Shown here: positions 47,919-58,396 of the stretch, in pieces
How the letters are laid out: each line of letters starts with the position of its first letter
Position numbering within the stretch: the first letter of the stretch is position 1
DNA from: an uncultured delta proteobacterium
GTDB taxonomy: Bacteria > Desulfobacterota > Zymogenia > Zymogenales > Zymogenaceae
DNA length: 64,000 nucleotides
Reading direction: 5' to 3'
Assembly: GCA_963792965.1 (NCBI GenBank)
Contig: CAWBYW010000018.1
Location: 32,001-96,000, forward strand
Program-made: the position numbers and the translations under genes
The notes under the pieces: model-generated
Told to the model about the DNA's origin: nothing
What the model saw: only the letters and a program-made list of their open reading frames with translations
The model's database searches: none

Positions 47919-49288
47919 TTCCCCTTTTCCTTTCCCGTCATATACTGGTCACGCTGCAGATCATTGGGAGAGTAGTACTTCTGTCCCTTGCGCAAATAGT
48001 CGGAGAGGGTCCGGGTGATGCACGGAATCAGGAGCGCGACCACGGCCGCCACCACGAGTATGATGAGGTAGACCCGTAGTCTCCTGCGTCTTCGTGTCAT
48101 TTTCGTCATAGTCGCCTTCCGTATGGTTTCGATCATAATCTCAAGGTCTCCTCCCGACACCAACGGGTGGGTCGGAAGCACCACGAGGTGACGGGCAAGA
48201 TAGGTCGCCTCGGGAAACGGGTCGGGAGACAAACGGTAGCCGAGATCATAGACGTGGTGGACGGGCTTCTCGTACATCCGGGCCGTGTCTATCCCTCGAT
48301 CGAGGAGCGCTTTCCTGACCTTCTCTATCGCCACGTCATCCTCAATAAGGATCGGGAAATGGTTGAACGAGGGAACGGTTCCCCTCACGATCTCGGGCAC
48401 CCTGATCCCGCCAACATTCGAGAGGGCCGCCAGGAGTGCCCTCCCGTTTCTGACCCGTTTCTCGGTCTGCGCGCCCATCTCCCTGGTCTGCACGAGGCCC
48501 AGCCGCGCGGCAAACGGCGTCGCGCGGGAAGGCTCAAAGTGCGTGTGTACCGAGGTCGATTTGAAAAGGCCGGCCAGCGGTAAGAGGGAACCGTATACCC
48601 CGGGCCTCACCGCCCATGAGAGGAGCACAAGCGTGAAAAGGAGCCGCGCGTCAAATATTAGGCCGGGAAGTCGGATCTTCAGTATCTCCTCCTCGATCAG
48701 GCCAGCTATATCCTCCCTATCCGTCGTGATGACGCCCCCGCGAAAGGTAGAGATGATCTTTCCCTTGCAGAGCGAAAAGAACCCGATATCCCCCCCGGCG
48801 CCCACGCGCCGTCCCTCAACTTCCGCCCCCGGGGCCTGGGCCGCGTCCTCTACGACAAAGAAGCCTCCACGCCGCGCCGCGTCCCGTATCGGCGCAAGGT
48901 CCATCGGAAAGCCGAACGTGTGCACGGGGACGACCGCGAGCGTTCTCCCCGTCACGGAATGGTCGAGGCTGACCGGATCGAGATTGAAAGTCTTCGGTGA
49001 AATATCGGAGAGCCGCGTCGTCAGCCCCGCCCGACGGATGGCCAGCGTCAGTGTCGGGACCGTATAGGCGGGCAGGACCACCTCGGTCTTGCCCGAGAGT
49101 TTTCTCAGGGCCGAGAGGATGACAAAGAGCGCCGACGTCCCTGACCCGACCAGAAAGGCGCGCCGCGCCCCCACGTATCGTGCGAAGGCGGCCTCGAACG
49201 CGGCGATGTCGTTGCCCCCTTTCCCGAAGACACAGCCGAGGGTGTCGTACGTGTTTGCATAAAAAGAATTGGTCGGAACCACCCTCAT
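47915..49288 (-). CDS. DegT-family aminotransferase; reads through into a short TM segment that may be a separate small gene (47915-48109)
   Basis: ATG at 49288 overlaps the methyltransferase stop. GSGTSAL, VEDAAQA, SLCKGK, LPTHP. Confidence 0.82.
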   Translation of the reverse strand: MRVVPTNSFYANTYDTLGCVFGKGGNDIAAFEAAFARYVGARRAFLVGSGTSALFVILSALRKLSGKTEVVLPAYTVPTLTLAIRRAGLTTRLSDISPKTFNLDPVSLDHSVTGRTLAVVPVHTFGFPMDLAPIRDAARRGGFFVVEDAAQAPGAEVEGRRVGAGGDIGFFSLCKGKIISTFRGGVITTDREDIAGLIEEEILKIRLPGLIFDARLLFTLVLLSWAVRPGVYGSLLPLAGLFKSTSVHTHFEPSRATPFAARLGLVQTREMGAQTEKRVRNGRALLAALSNVGGIRVPEIVRGTVPSFNHFPILIEDDVAIEKVRKALLDRGIDTARMYEKPVHHVYDLGYRLSPDPFPEATYLARHLVVLPTHPLVSGGDLEIMIETIRKATMTKMTRRRRRLRVYLIILVVAAVVALLIPCITRTLSDYLRKGQKYYSPNDLQRDQYMTGKEKGK

Positions 49289-49950
49289 CGCACCGCCTCT
49301 ATCACGTAGGCGCTCGGGATGGGCCAGAAAGGATAGCATACCGCCACTTTTCTGTTGACCCGAAAGCCGCTGCTCTTCAAAAGCTCTTCCACCCTCCTGA
49401 ATGAATAGGCCCGCACGGGAAGCCGTTTCGTCGAGGGATCGATGACCGTCGAAAACCGGTAGGCCCAACAAATCAGGGGGTCCCGGCCATTTCTGATGTC
49501 GAACAGGATGCTCCCCCCCCGGTCCGCAAGCGCGCACATTGCCCGGATGACGGCGGCCGCCTCTTCCCACGACGGCTGATTGTGAAGTGTGTTGATGCAT
49601 ATTACCCGAGAAAACACCCCCCCTTTGAAAGGAGGAAGATCGCCCCTGGCGCACACGGCAAGAAAGGAGCGGGTTCCCCCGATCCTTTTCTGTGCGGCCC
49701 TTAGATTTGCGCGCGACATATCCAGGCCGATCATTTGCGCTGTTTTCCCCCACGAGACCACCGACTCGGCCAGGAGCCCTTCTCCCACCCCCACTTCGAG
49801 ACACGACGAATCGTGACCGTCCGAAAGGAGCGAGAGCGCCGTCTTCCTGATCCGATCTGAGAGGGGTCCCCTCGAGAGGTCCGGGCCGCTGCCCCCGCGC
49901 GCCTTCAAAAAGAGGCGGGCGATGATCCCCGAGGGCCTTACCATGGGCAA
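49285..49950 (-). CDS. Class I SAM-dependent methyltransferase
   Basis: LEVGVGEG motif I, GLDMS. Confidence 0.8.
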   Translation of the reverse strand: MPMVRPSGIIARLFLKARGGSGPDLSRGPLSDRIRKTALSLLSDGHDSSCLEVGVGEGLLAESVVSWGKTAQMIGLDMSRANLRAAQKRIGGTRSFLAVCARGDLPPFKGGVFSRVICINTLHNQPSWEEAAAVIRAMCALADRGGSILFDIRNGRDPLICWAYRFSTVIDPSTKRLPVRAYSFRRVEELLKSSGFRVNRKVAVCYPFWPIPSAYVIEAVR

Positions 49951-49996
49951 CCGATGAGAAAGCTCCCCGCTTGTCGACGTGCAAGTGAAGACCGTG

Positions 49997-50900
49997 TCAC
50001 GCCGCCCCCCTCCTGTAAGCAGATATCCCCTCCACTAACCCGCTCATCGCCCATGGCACGATCCGCGGCTCACGGTTCTTTATCGCGGATAACGGGAGCT
50101 TGGCAACCAGATAGAGCACATACATCGGAAATAAGCCTTTCGGAAAATTCTTCAGATAAAAAAGGCACATGTTGTGTCCGTACCAAAAGAACCACTCCCG
50201 GAGACTTTTCGGCCGGCATCCCCCCACCGGCTCCCGGAGGTGGACCAGGGCCGCGTCCGGCTCGAAGACGAGACGGTAGCCCAGCTTCCTGACGCGAAGC
50301 GCCAGGTCCGTTTCCTCAAGATGTGCGCTCCCCCCGAAGCGGACATCAAACCCGCCCGCGCGCTCGATCGCCCGTTTCAGGAACGACATATTACAGCCCC
50401 GGACGTGATGGGCCTCCGCTCGCGCGTCGGCGTCGAAATGATCCAGGATCACCAGGCCACAGAACTTTACCTTCGCGATCCGTCGGGGGCTTTTCATCCC
50501 CGTCGTCGGCCGTCCGCCGGGGGGCAGCACCCTTCCGGCGACGCCGGCGACGCCGGCGACGCCGCCGTCGGCATATGCCCGGGCGTGCGCCGAAATCAGG
50601 CCGGGTCCGGGAATCACGTCATCGTCGACAAAGAGGACTACCTCGCCCTTCGCTGCCGCCACCCCGGTGTTGCGCGCACCGGGAAGGCCGGGCTGCTCCT
50701 TTCGGATGTAGCGGACACGGGCACGGTTATCTTCCATGAACCTCTCGACGTCATCGTGCGCTCCCGGCCGTCTGGTCTACCACGATGATCTCGTAATTCG
50801 GATAGTCGCCGGCAAGAAGCCCCTCCACGGTTCGGATGAGGAGCCGTCCCCTCCCGATGGTGGGAACGACTACCGAGATAAACGGGCCGCTGTCCGCCAA
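49997..50900 (-). CDS. GT2 glycosyltransferase (frameshift near 50755)
   Basis: ISVVVPTIGR...EIIVVD lies in an upstream frame; then GARNTG, FVDDD, EETDL. Confidence 0.85.
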
Positions 50901-50997
50901 ACCGCGTCTCCTTTCGTCCGCGCCCGCACCCGCAAATCCTGCGTGGCGAGATATCGCCTATCCCACGGCCGAGGCCGACAAATCGTGGTCTCTTGCG

Positions 50998-52098
50998 TCA
51001 TTTCCCGCGCGTCCGTCCACGTGTGTCCATAAGAAGATCAACGGCCTCGGTCACCCGATCGACCGTGATGCTTTTGAGGCATTTCATCCTGTCGCACCTA
51101 TACAGGGTACAGGGCGAGCAGTCGACCTTCTCAAAGACAACAACCGCGCCCCCCTGCGTTCGATACGGCGCGTACCGATTGGGGTCCTCCGGGCCGAATA
51201 CCGCGATGAGCCGGGGGCGTTCGGCGGCGGCCGCGATGTGCATGGGGCCGGTGTCGTTGGTCGCAATTATAGCACAGCGACGAAATATCTCAAACAAAAC
51301 CCTCGGCGGCACGTCCAGGAAGGCGGCGCCTCCCGCGATCCCTCCGGCCACGGCCGACACGATTCGGCGCTCATCGGACGCGCCGAACACTCCGACCGAG
51401 AGGCCGCAACGCTCCCTGAGATAGTTCCCCACCTCGACAAAGCGCGTATCCTCCCACCTCCTGCTGGGCCTGTAGGCGCCCGGGACCAGCGCGGCGTACC
51501 CGCGAGATCCCGAATCTCTCAGGGTCTCAAGGAGTCTTTCGGCCTCGCGCGCGTCGGCGTCCGTCGTATAGACTCGCATCGGCATAAGTCCCGAGTCAAG
51601 CCCCATCGCGCAAAGGACGGAGAGCTTCCTGTTGACCTCGTGGACGGACGCATCGAGATCCTCGGGCGCCTTCGTGTCCAGCCAGGGGGCCCACCCGTTC
51701 GTATTCCTCCCGGCGCGCCGGCGCGGCCGGATGATATCCAAGAGCATCTTTCTGCGCCGTGCGGCCTGGCTGCTTTCCATCGCCATCAGGTCTACGGCCA
51801 GGTCATAGCGTCTGAACCGCAGCCACATAAGCGTAACAAATGAGAGCATGAGTCGGAAAAGACCGCCGACCCCCCTTTTGCCCGTCAGAAAGGCGACATC
51901 GACGGTATAGATTCTTCTGACGAACGGCGCCTTCTCCACGACGGACGCCGATCGCGCGACCGTCAGGAGGTCGAAGCAACCTCCGTTGACGTGAGGTGCA
52001 AGAGCCTCGAGGGCCGGGGTCGCCATCACCATGTCCCCGATGCCGCCGATGTTCAAGACCAACACCCTCTTCACCTCAATGATCCCCCCTGACCTCAT
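50998..52098 (-). CDS. GT9 (heptosyltransferase-like) glycosyltransferase
   Basis: GIGDMV..TP, NDTGPMHIAAA, FGP, C.PC...C...C tail. Confidence 0.9.
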   Translation of the reverse strand: MRSGGIIEVKRVLVLNIGGIGDMVMATPALEALAPHVNGGCFDLLTVARSASVVEKAPFVRRIYTVDVAFLTGKRGVGGLFRLMLSFVTLMWLRFRRYDLAVDLMAMESSQAARRRKMLLDIIRPRRRAGRNTNGWAPWLDTKAPEDLDASVHEVNRKLSVLCAMGLDSGLMPMRVYTTDADAREAERLLETLRDSGSRGYAALVPGAYRPSRRWEDTRFVEVGNYLRERCGLSVGVFGASDERRIVSAVAGGIAGGAAFLDVPPRVLFEIFRRCAIIATNDTGPMHIAAAAERPRLIAVFGPEDPNRYAPYRTQGGAVVVFEKVDCSPCTLYRCDRMKCLKSITVDRVTEAVDLLMDTRGRTRGK

Positions 52099-53266
52099 CG
52101 ATCACGCCGAGGAGACTTTCGGCCGTCATTTCCCAGCTGAAGTGAGAAAGGATCAGCGCGCGCGCGTTTTTCCCGATCTCGCGAGCCCCCTTCTCGTCGT
52201 CGATAAGGTCCTCTATCGCCCGCGCAAGCTCCTCCGGGGTAGCCTCGGGGAGCCGATAATAGTTCTTTCGGTGCGTCAGCGGCAACCCGAATGCAGATGA
52301 GGTATTGCTGATGACCGCGCCGCCGGCAGACATATATTCGAGGAGCTTCATGCTGGAGCCTTCGGTGGATCCGGCGGACAGGTTGATGAGCAGCGTCGAT
52401 GCCCTGAGATATCGGATAACCTCGCTGTTGGCGACCTCGCCCGTGAAGATGACTCTTTTGGATATGCCGAGCCTTCGCACCTCCGCCTTGCAGCGCCGAA
52501 GGTCGTGGCCGTCCCCCACCATGAGGAAGTCCACGTCGGGGAGTTTCTCGACGACCAAACGCGCCGCATCGATAATGACCGGGGCAAGCGAGTGTGGATG
52601 AAACGTGCCGACAAATGTGACGTACCGTCTCGTGGGATCAAGGCTCAGTCCCTCGGCTCGCCAACTTTCGATCACCGGGCGAGAAGAGGCCCGTGTCCAC
52701 GCCATTGGGCACGAAACGAATCTTTTTCTCCTCGATGTCGTACCGCTCCCGAAAGAGCGCCAGGTAATTCTTCCCGGCAAATATCAGGCGATCGGCAAGC
52801 TTGAAGTTTATCCGTTGAAAGAGCCTGAAGATCGAGAGTTTCATCCGGGAACTTCCGATCATCGCAAGGTCCCCAGGCAGAAAACCGTTCACCTCGACGA
52901 TGACGGGCGCCCCGAGGAGCCGGGCGGCGTATATTGTCGGGGCCATGAGCCCCATCTCCCGACAGTAGACCGCGGACGGCCTCTGTTTCAGACCACGCAA
53001 AAGGATGAAGATGGGGAGGATCATGAGATAGAGGTACTCCCTGACAAATCTCACGCGCACGGTCGGCACGTAGACCACGTCGCAGACCGGGGGTATTGAA
53101 AAGGGCCATATCCTCGGCGCAAAGAGGGTCACGCCCGTCCCGAGCTTCTCCCAATTGTTGACCACCTCGCGGATGTGGACGGTCCAGGCCGCCTCGCGCG
53201 TGAGGTCCTCAAAGCAGGCGTAAAAGAGACGCCGGGGGCCGGACGTCGCTCTTTTCCTTTGCGGAT
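52076..53266 (-). CDS. GT4 glycosyltransferase (frameshift near 52670)
   Basis: N-half ...FVPNGVDT (52638-53165 frame) joined to C-half VGDG...MKLLEYM (52076-52780 frame). Confidence 0.82.
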
Positions 53267-54449
53267 CACCTCCCCCCCTCCCCGGAACAGGAGCGGAAGA
53301 GCTCCCTCAGCCGCCTTGCCACGTCGTGAATCTCGAATTCCCTGATCACCTTTTCCCTCCCCTCGCGCGAGAGCCTCCTCCTCAAATCATCGTCGGTCAC
53401 AAGCCGCCTGATCGCCCCGGCCAGCGACGCGGCGTCTTTCTGTTCCACGAGGATCCCGGTTCTGTTGTCCTCGATGAGCTCCGGTATCCCCGACAACCTC
53501 GTGGATACCACCGGAACCCCGCACGCCATCGCCTCCATGAGAGAAACCGGTATCCCGTCGTGGTGCCCGTCGCGCGCCGTCACACAGGGAAGCACAAAGA
53601 GATCGGCCTCGTGGTAGTAACGGACGATCTCGCTGTTTTTCACGGTCCCCGCAAACGTGACGGGGACGCCGAGTCTTACCGATTCGGCGGTGAGCTCCCC
53701 CCTCAGGGGGCCGTCGCCGACGATGATCGATCTCAGGTCCATAGCCTTGAGGGCGGGATCAGAGAGGGCGGCCAGGAGGTAGGGTATCCCCTTGGGCTCG
53801 ACGAGGTTCGCCACCGTCAGTATCGTCTTTCGCGTCTCGCCCTCTTCTTCTTTTCGATTCGGGAGGAACAAAACGAGCGGGTGTCGACGCCGCAGTGGAT
53901 CACGTGAAATTTCGATTCGTCGACCCCGGTCGTCTTGACGAGGAAGCGCCGGTTATATTCCGAGATGGAGCGGACGAAGGCGGCCTGTCGGCACTTCTCC
54001 GTCAGAAACGCACGGTCGACCGGCTCCTTGAAGATATCATAGGCGTGGGCGGTAAAGCCGTAGGGGATGCCGGTAAGCAAGGATACCGCCCACGCGACGG
54101 CCGCGGGCGTCGTCGCGAAGTGGGCGTGGAGTATCGAAGGGTTTTCTCTCTCTAAGCGGCGCGCCGTCGAGAGGGCGGCAAGGGCGATCTTCCATCCCGC
54201 ACGCGGCACGAGCGCCGTGAGAACCCGCCCCGCCTTTAGCGGGTGCCTGCAGCCGCTCAGGATAGATCCCCATAGGTCCGCTCTAAGGGACCTCCGGCGG
54301 TACCCGGGCTCGGCCTCGAACTCGTGGTAGACCGCGGGGTTGGTCGGATGAATATCGATATCCACGCCGAGGCGGCCAAGCTCGGCAAGCTCATAGGCGA
54401 GCCACCCGCCGATCATCCTCTCCAGAATATAGGCGACCTTCATCGACAC
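53266..54449 (-). CDS. GT4 glycosyltransferase, WcaL-like (frameshift near 53870)
   Basis: HAHFA, FTAHAYDI, IHCGVD, then DGIPVSLMEAM. Confidence 0.85.
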
Positions 54450-55719
54450 CTATCCTCCCGCCACCTCGTTGAACACCTGTGAGAGTCTCTCGGTAAGCTT
54501 CCTGCGCTCAAAGTCGTGGACTAAGCGCTCGTCGATAACGGGCCGATCCCGCTTTACCAGCACCGCGATCGCACGAGCGAGCTTCTCCGACAGCGGCTCC
54601 GCCCCGTCCTGACCCACCACAATCCCCGCGCGGGCCGACCGGACGAGCCGGGCCGTCTCACCCTCCGGGACCACCGCCAGGATCGGTCTCTTCGCGGCAA
54701 GGTACTCGAACAGCTTGCCGGGGACGTGATAGGCTATCTCGTTCTTGAGCGGAAGGGCAATCAGGTTGATGTCGGACTCCATCACGGCGTGACGTTGCCT
54801 CCCGGTGGCTCACGTATCCGTCGAAGATAGTATTATCGGGAAGTATCTCACGGATCCCCTCCTCGATCGCCTTGTCCATGACGCCGACGAATCTCACGAC
54901 GAGGCGTCTGGCGAGGGCGGGGTCCTTCTTGAGCGCCTCGGCCAGCGCCAGGAAGAAGGTCCTCGGAAAGTAGGTCCCGTAAAAGGACCCGGAGTGGGTG
55001 ATGACAATCCGGTCGCCGCGGCCCCTTTTCCTCTCCGGAGGATGCTCGAAATCGTGGGCGTCAAACCCGTTGTAGATCGTCACCAGACGATCCGGGTCGA
55101 TGCCGAAGCCGGATATGTAGCGCTTCCGCGCCGTTTCGGTGATGCAGATTACCCGGTCGGCGCGGCTGAGGATTCTCTCTTCGCACCTCCTGTGCGCCCT
55201 CCTTACCCACGACGTCGCCGGATCGTACCGGAAATCCCCCGTCCAAGGATCCCGAAAATCGGCGACCCAGGGGAGCCCGGTCAGCCTTTTCAACACGAGG
55301 CCGGCGACATGGGCGCTGTGGGGGGGAGAAGTGGAATAGATGAGGGAGATCCCCTCCCGCCTGAGCATCGGCAGCGCCGAAAGGACGGCCGAAAGGGCCC
55401 AGAAGATCCGGTCATCGGGCAGGAAGACGTTGTCCAGTACCCTGTGGGCCGCCTTTTCGGAGGCGATCCGTGAAAGAAGCGTATAGAAGAGGCCCGGCCT
55501 CCTGGGGGAAAGCCTCCGGATGACGGTTCCGTGCGGGATCTCCGCGACGAGCGTCTCGTCACGGGCCCAATACGACCGGTCGTCGGCCGCCAAGACCACG
55601 GGCCGCCAGCCGAAATCCGGAAGGTATTTAACGAACTTCGTCGTCCTTTGAACGCCGCCGCCGCCCATGGGGGGAAAATTATAGGCGACAAAAAGGACCT
55701 TCCGTGAGGGGGGTTTCAT
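54450..55719 (-). CDS. GT4 glycosyltransferase (frameshift near 54785)
   Basis: YNFPP.GGGGVQR, DFRDPW, NGFD, then PGKLFEYL in the next frame. Confidence 0.85.
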
Positions 55720-55766
55720 TGCTTCTGCTGTATCTCACCCAAAGCACGCACAAATGACTGCCGTGC

Positions 55767-57044
55767 CTATTGTAGACAGACCTTATTCACAAAGCGTATC
55801 ACCTTCACCACCCCATAGAGCGTTACGCCGGAGAGGATGCAGAAGATGATCTCCATAAAGAAGCGATATCTCGGATGCCCGATGAAAAGTATCACGTAGC
55901 CGAACCAGTTGGTGAAGACAAAGAGATAAAGAGAGACCCATGACCTGGCCGGGAGGGCCCGGTAAAAGACGATGGAGAGGACAGATCCGATCAGGAACAG
56001 CAGGTAGAGCCGGTTAAGCCAGGCCAAGATGACGGTGGACGCGTCGGTCTGATCCTCTTCATCATCGGAAGACGGCTGCGTCGACGGTCTGCTCATATGG
56101 ATCGGGTAGGCCGACCAGTCGAAAAGGTTTTTGGTCCCGTTCACGACGCTGTTGAGGAGCGCCCGTGCAGGGTCCTTCTTGATATATTCGATGCCAAGCG
56201 CATAGCCAAGTGTGCCGGCCGCCTTCATATCCAGTCCCTCGAACACGGTTCCCTGGTCCTGGCGCCAGCCATAAAATGAGTCGTTGTGCCCGTAGTAGAA
56301 ATTAATGCCGGCAAGCGGCGAGAGCCCCGTCCCCGGCCCAGCGACGGAGCGGTTGCGCAGATACCATGGGGTTATCACCGCAACGCAGCAGATGACAAAG
56401 ACGAGACCCCAGGCAAGCGCATGACGGAGACTGTCCTCCCGCCACATGAAGATAAGGATAAGAAAGACCGGAATGTAAAAGAGCCCCTCCCCCCTCGTCA
56501 GCACGGACAGCCCCATCAGGACGCCGATAACAGGAAAACGTATGATCGGCCTGTTGACTCGGTAGAGGAACAGAATGAGGGCCGTCAGCACGAAAAAGGA
56601 AAAAAGAAACTCGGAGGCCAATACCGGCGGGAGAAAGAGGAGCGTGATATTGAACAGGCCCACCGAGGCGGCGATGCCGGCGATGAGCCTGTTGCCCACC
56701 GAGAGTCTGAAAGCGATTAGATATATCTGAACGATACACAGGGAGGATAACAGCACGTTCCAGAAGCCGAGCCATATGAGGTTCCTGCTGACCAGCATGA
56801 GCAGCGCGAGAAACGCGGGATATACCGGGAGCCGCCAGTAGTTGGGCTCCGGAAGCCCGAAGGCGAGGTGCTCACGGATATTCTGGCCGAGGGCGAAATA
56901 TTCAAGGAAGTCCGAAACGGGGACCGTCTGGGCGTAGAAAAGCCATATCAGCCGAAGCGCGAGCCCGACCAGGAAAAGAGAAAGGATGGTCCATCGATTC
57001 TGTACGATGACGTCGGTTATACTGAATTGACCCGGATCTTTCAT
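55767..57044 (-). CDS. GT-C fold (ArnT/PMT-like) membrane glycosyltransferase
   Basis: Multi-TM; SD..EY, R.P.YP, SE, PW..RN and PRYR motifs. Confidence 0.78.
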   Translation of the reverse strand: MKDPGQFSITDVIVQNRWTILSLFLVGLALRLIWLFYAQTVPVSDFLEYFALGQNIREHLAFGLPEPNYWRLPVYPAFLALLMLVSRNLIWLGFWNVLLSSLCIVQIYLIAFRLSVGNRLIAGIAASVGLFNITLLFLPPVLASEFLFSFFVLTALILFLYRVNRPIIRFPVIGVLMGLSVLTRGEGLFYIPVFLILIFMWREDSLRHALAWGLVFVICCVAVITPWYLRNRSVAGPGTGLSPLAGINFYYGHNDSFYGWRQDQGTVFEGLDMKAAGTLGYALGIEYIKKDPARALLNSVVNGTKNLFDWSAYPIHMSRPSTQPSSDDEEDQTDASTVILAWLNRLYLLFLIGSVLSIVFYRALPARSWVSLYLFVFTNWFGYVILFIGHPRYRFFMEIIFCILSGVTLYGVVKVIRFVNKVCLQ

Positions 57045-57292
57045 TGAGAGACTCCTCCGAGCGCTGCCTCAGGAATAGTTGCCGATTACTATCGCATCTG
57101 ATACCAACAGGTACGTACTTCTGGACTCCGTACGCGACTAATCCTCGTCGCCCGCACTTTACGGGGGGGACGTTTCGAGCCGCCGATGCAATTACCTTGA
57201 ATTATAGCAAATATATTGCCATAATAGGCCGCAAAAAGCAAAGTTTTATTGGATAGTCGCGTTCATGGCCGTTTTCTCGATTATGGGTCCCC

Positions 57293-58396
57293 ATGGAAGA
57301 AGTGCGGATCGGCGTAATCTCGAATAAAGAGGGCTTTGCCGAGCTCAAACAAGCGTGGCGTAACCTCGCGAAAGAGAGCGGTGCTTCCGTCTTTTCCTCT
57401 TGGGAGTGGCTCTTTACCTGGTGGGAATATTACGGAAAAAGCGATCGGCTCTTCATCATCGCGCTCTACGTAAAAGAGACGCTTATCGCGCTCTTTCCGC
57501 ACCTGATATCCAAAAGGAAGCTTCTCTTCGGTGGCGCTGTTAACGTAATTCGAATAATCGGCTCCGACCACGTCTCGTCGGACTACCTCGACTTCATAAT
57601 CGACCCCCATCATACGGATGCCGCCCTCAACGCATGGATGGACTATCTCACGACCCCCGGCCGGGAGTGGGCCCTCATGGAGATCACCGGCATCACCAGC
57701 GAAACGGAGGTGTATGACAAAATCCGCGATGCGTCTCGGCACAGCGGCCTCATCGTCCATCAGGAGATGCGGGAGGTATGCCCGTTTTGTGCGATCGATC
57801 CCGACGGGTACGCCGACAGGATCAGGCACTCACGGACGCTCCGCCGGGTTCTTGAGTACGCCCGCGCCCTGCAAAGGCAACACGGCTACCGATTCGGAAC
57901 CGGGCTCATCGGCGGCGATTTCGAGAAGACCTTCGACACCTTCCTGGCGCTTCACGACGAACGAAGCACGCAAAAGGAAAGGAGGACAAAATTCGGCCGG
58001 GCGGCTTTTCGGGGCTTTCTCCGGGACGCCGCGCGCAGGTTCTCCGACTCCGGGAACCTTCTCTTCACCTGGATTGCCGTCGGGGACGATATCGTGGCGA
58101 TTCATCTGAATTTCGTCGCGGGGAGCAGGCTCTATTTCTATAACTCGGGCATCAGCACACGCTGGGAGAAATACCGGCCGGGGTTGATCCTTTTTCACCA
58201 TGAGATGGAATCCGCGCCCACGCTCGGGATTACCAAATATCTCTTCCTGCGGGGGACAGAGAGCTATAAATATCTCTGGGCGACAGCTGACCATCACCTC
58301 ACGGCAATCGACCTGACAAGGCGCGGCGCCTCGCGGCTCGCGCTGTCGGCCGATCTCCGGCTGAGGAGCCTTCTCGGGAGGATCCGCCATGCATAG
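57293..58396 (+). CDS. GNAT acyltransferase (CelD/BcsL-like)
   Basis: F.SWEWL..WW, SDYLD, YRPG, FLRG.E.YK..W. Confidence 0.85.
   Translation: MEEVRIGVISNKEGFAELKQAWRNLAKESGASVFSSWEWLFTWWEYYGKSDRLFIIALYVKETLIALFPHLISKRKLLFGGAVNVIRIIGSDHVSSDYLDFIIDPHHTDAALNAWMDYLTTPGREWALMEITGITSETEVYDKIRDASRHSGLIVHQEMREVCPFCAIDPDGYADRIRHSRTLRRVLEYARALQRQHGYRFGTGLIGGDFEKTFDTFLALHDERSTQKERRTKFGRAAFRGFLRDAARRFSDSGNLLFTWIAVGDDIVAIHLNFVAGSRLYFYNSGISTRWEKYRPGLILFHHEMESAPTLGITKYLFLRGTESYKYLWATADHHLTAIDLTRRGASRLALSADLRLRSLLGRIRHA

Noticed and set aside
47915-49984. 689-aa ORF as a single protein
   Set aside because: The first ~230 codons are an off-frame shadow of the methyltransferase; the real start is 49288.
50540-50566. 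9-bp tandem repeat in the GT2 gene (VAG repeats)
   Set aside because: In-frame, only about three units; likely neutral slippage.
43156-55719. Phase variation or programmed frameshifting of glycan genes
   Set aside because: Similar single-base shifts also hit regulators, kinases, the MBOAT and the RsmG fusion, and most are not in long homopolymers. Sequencing indels are more parsimonious; a read check is needed.
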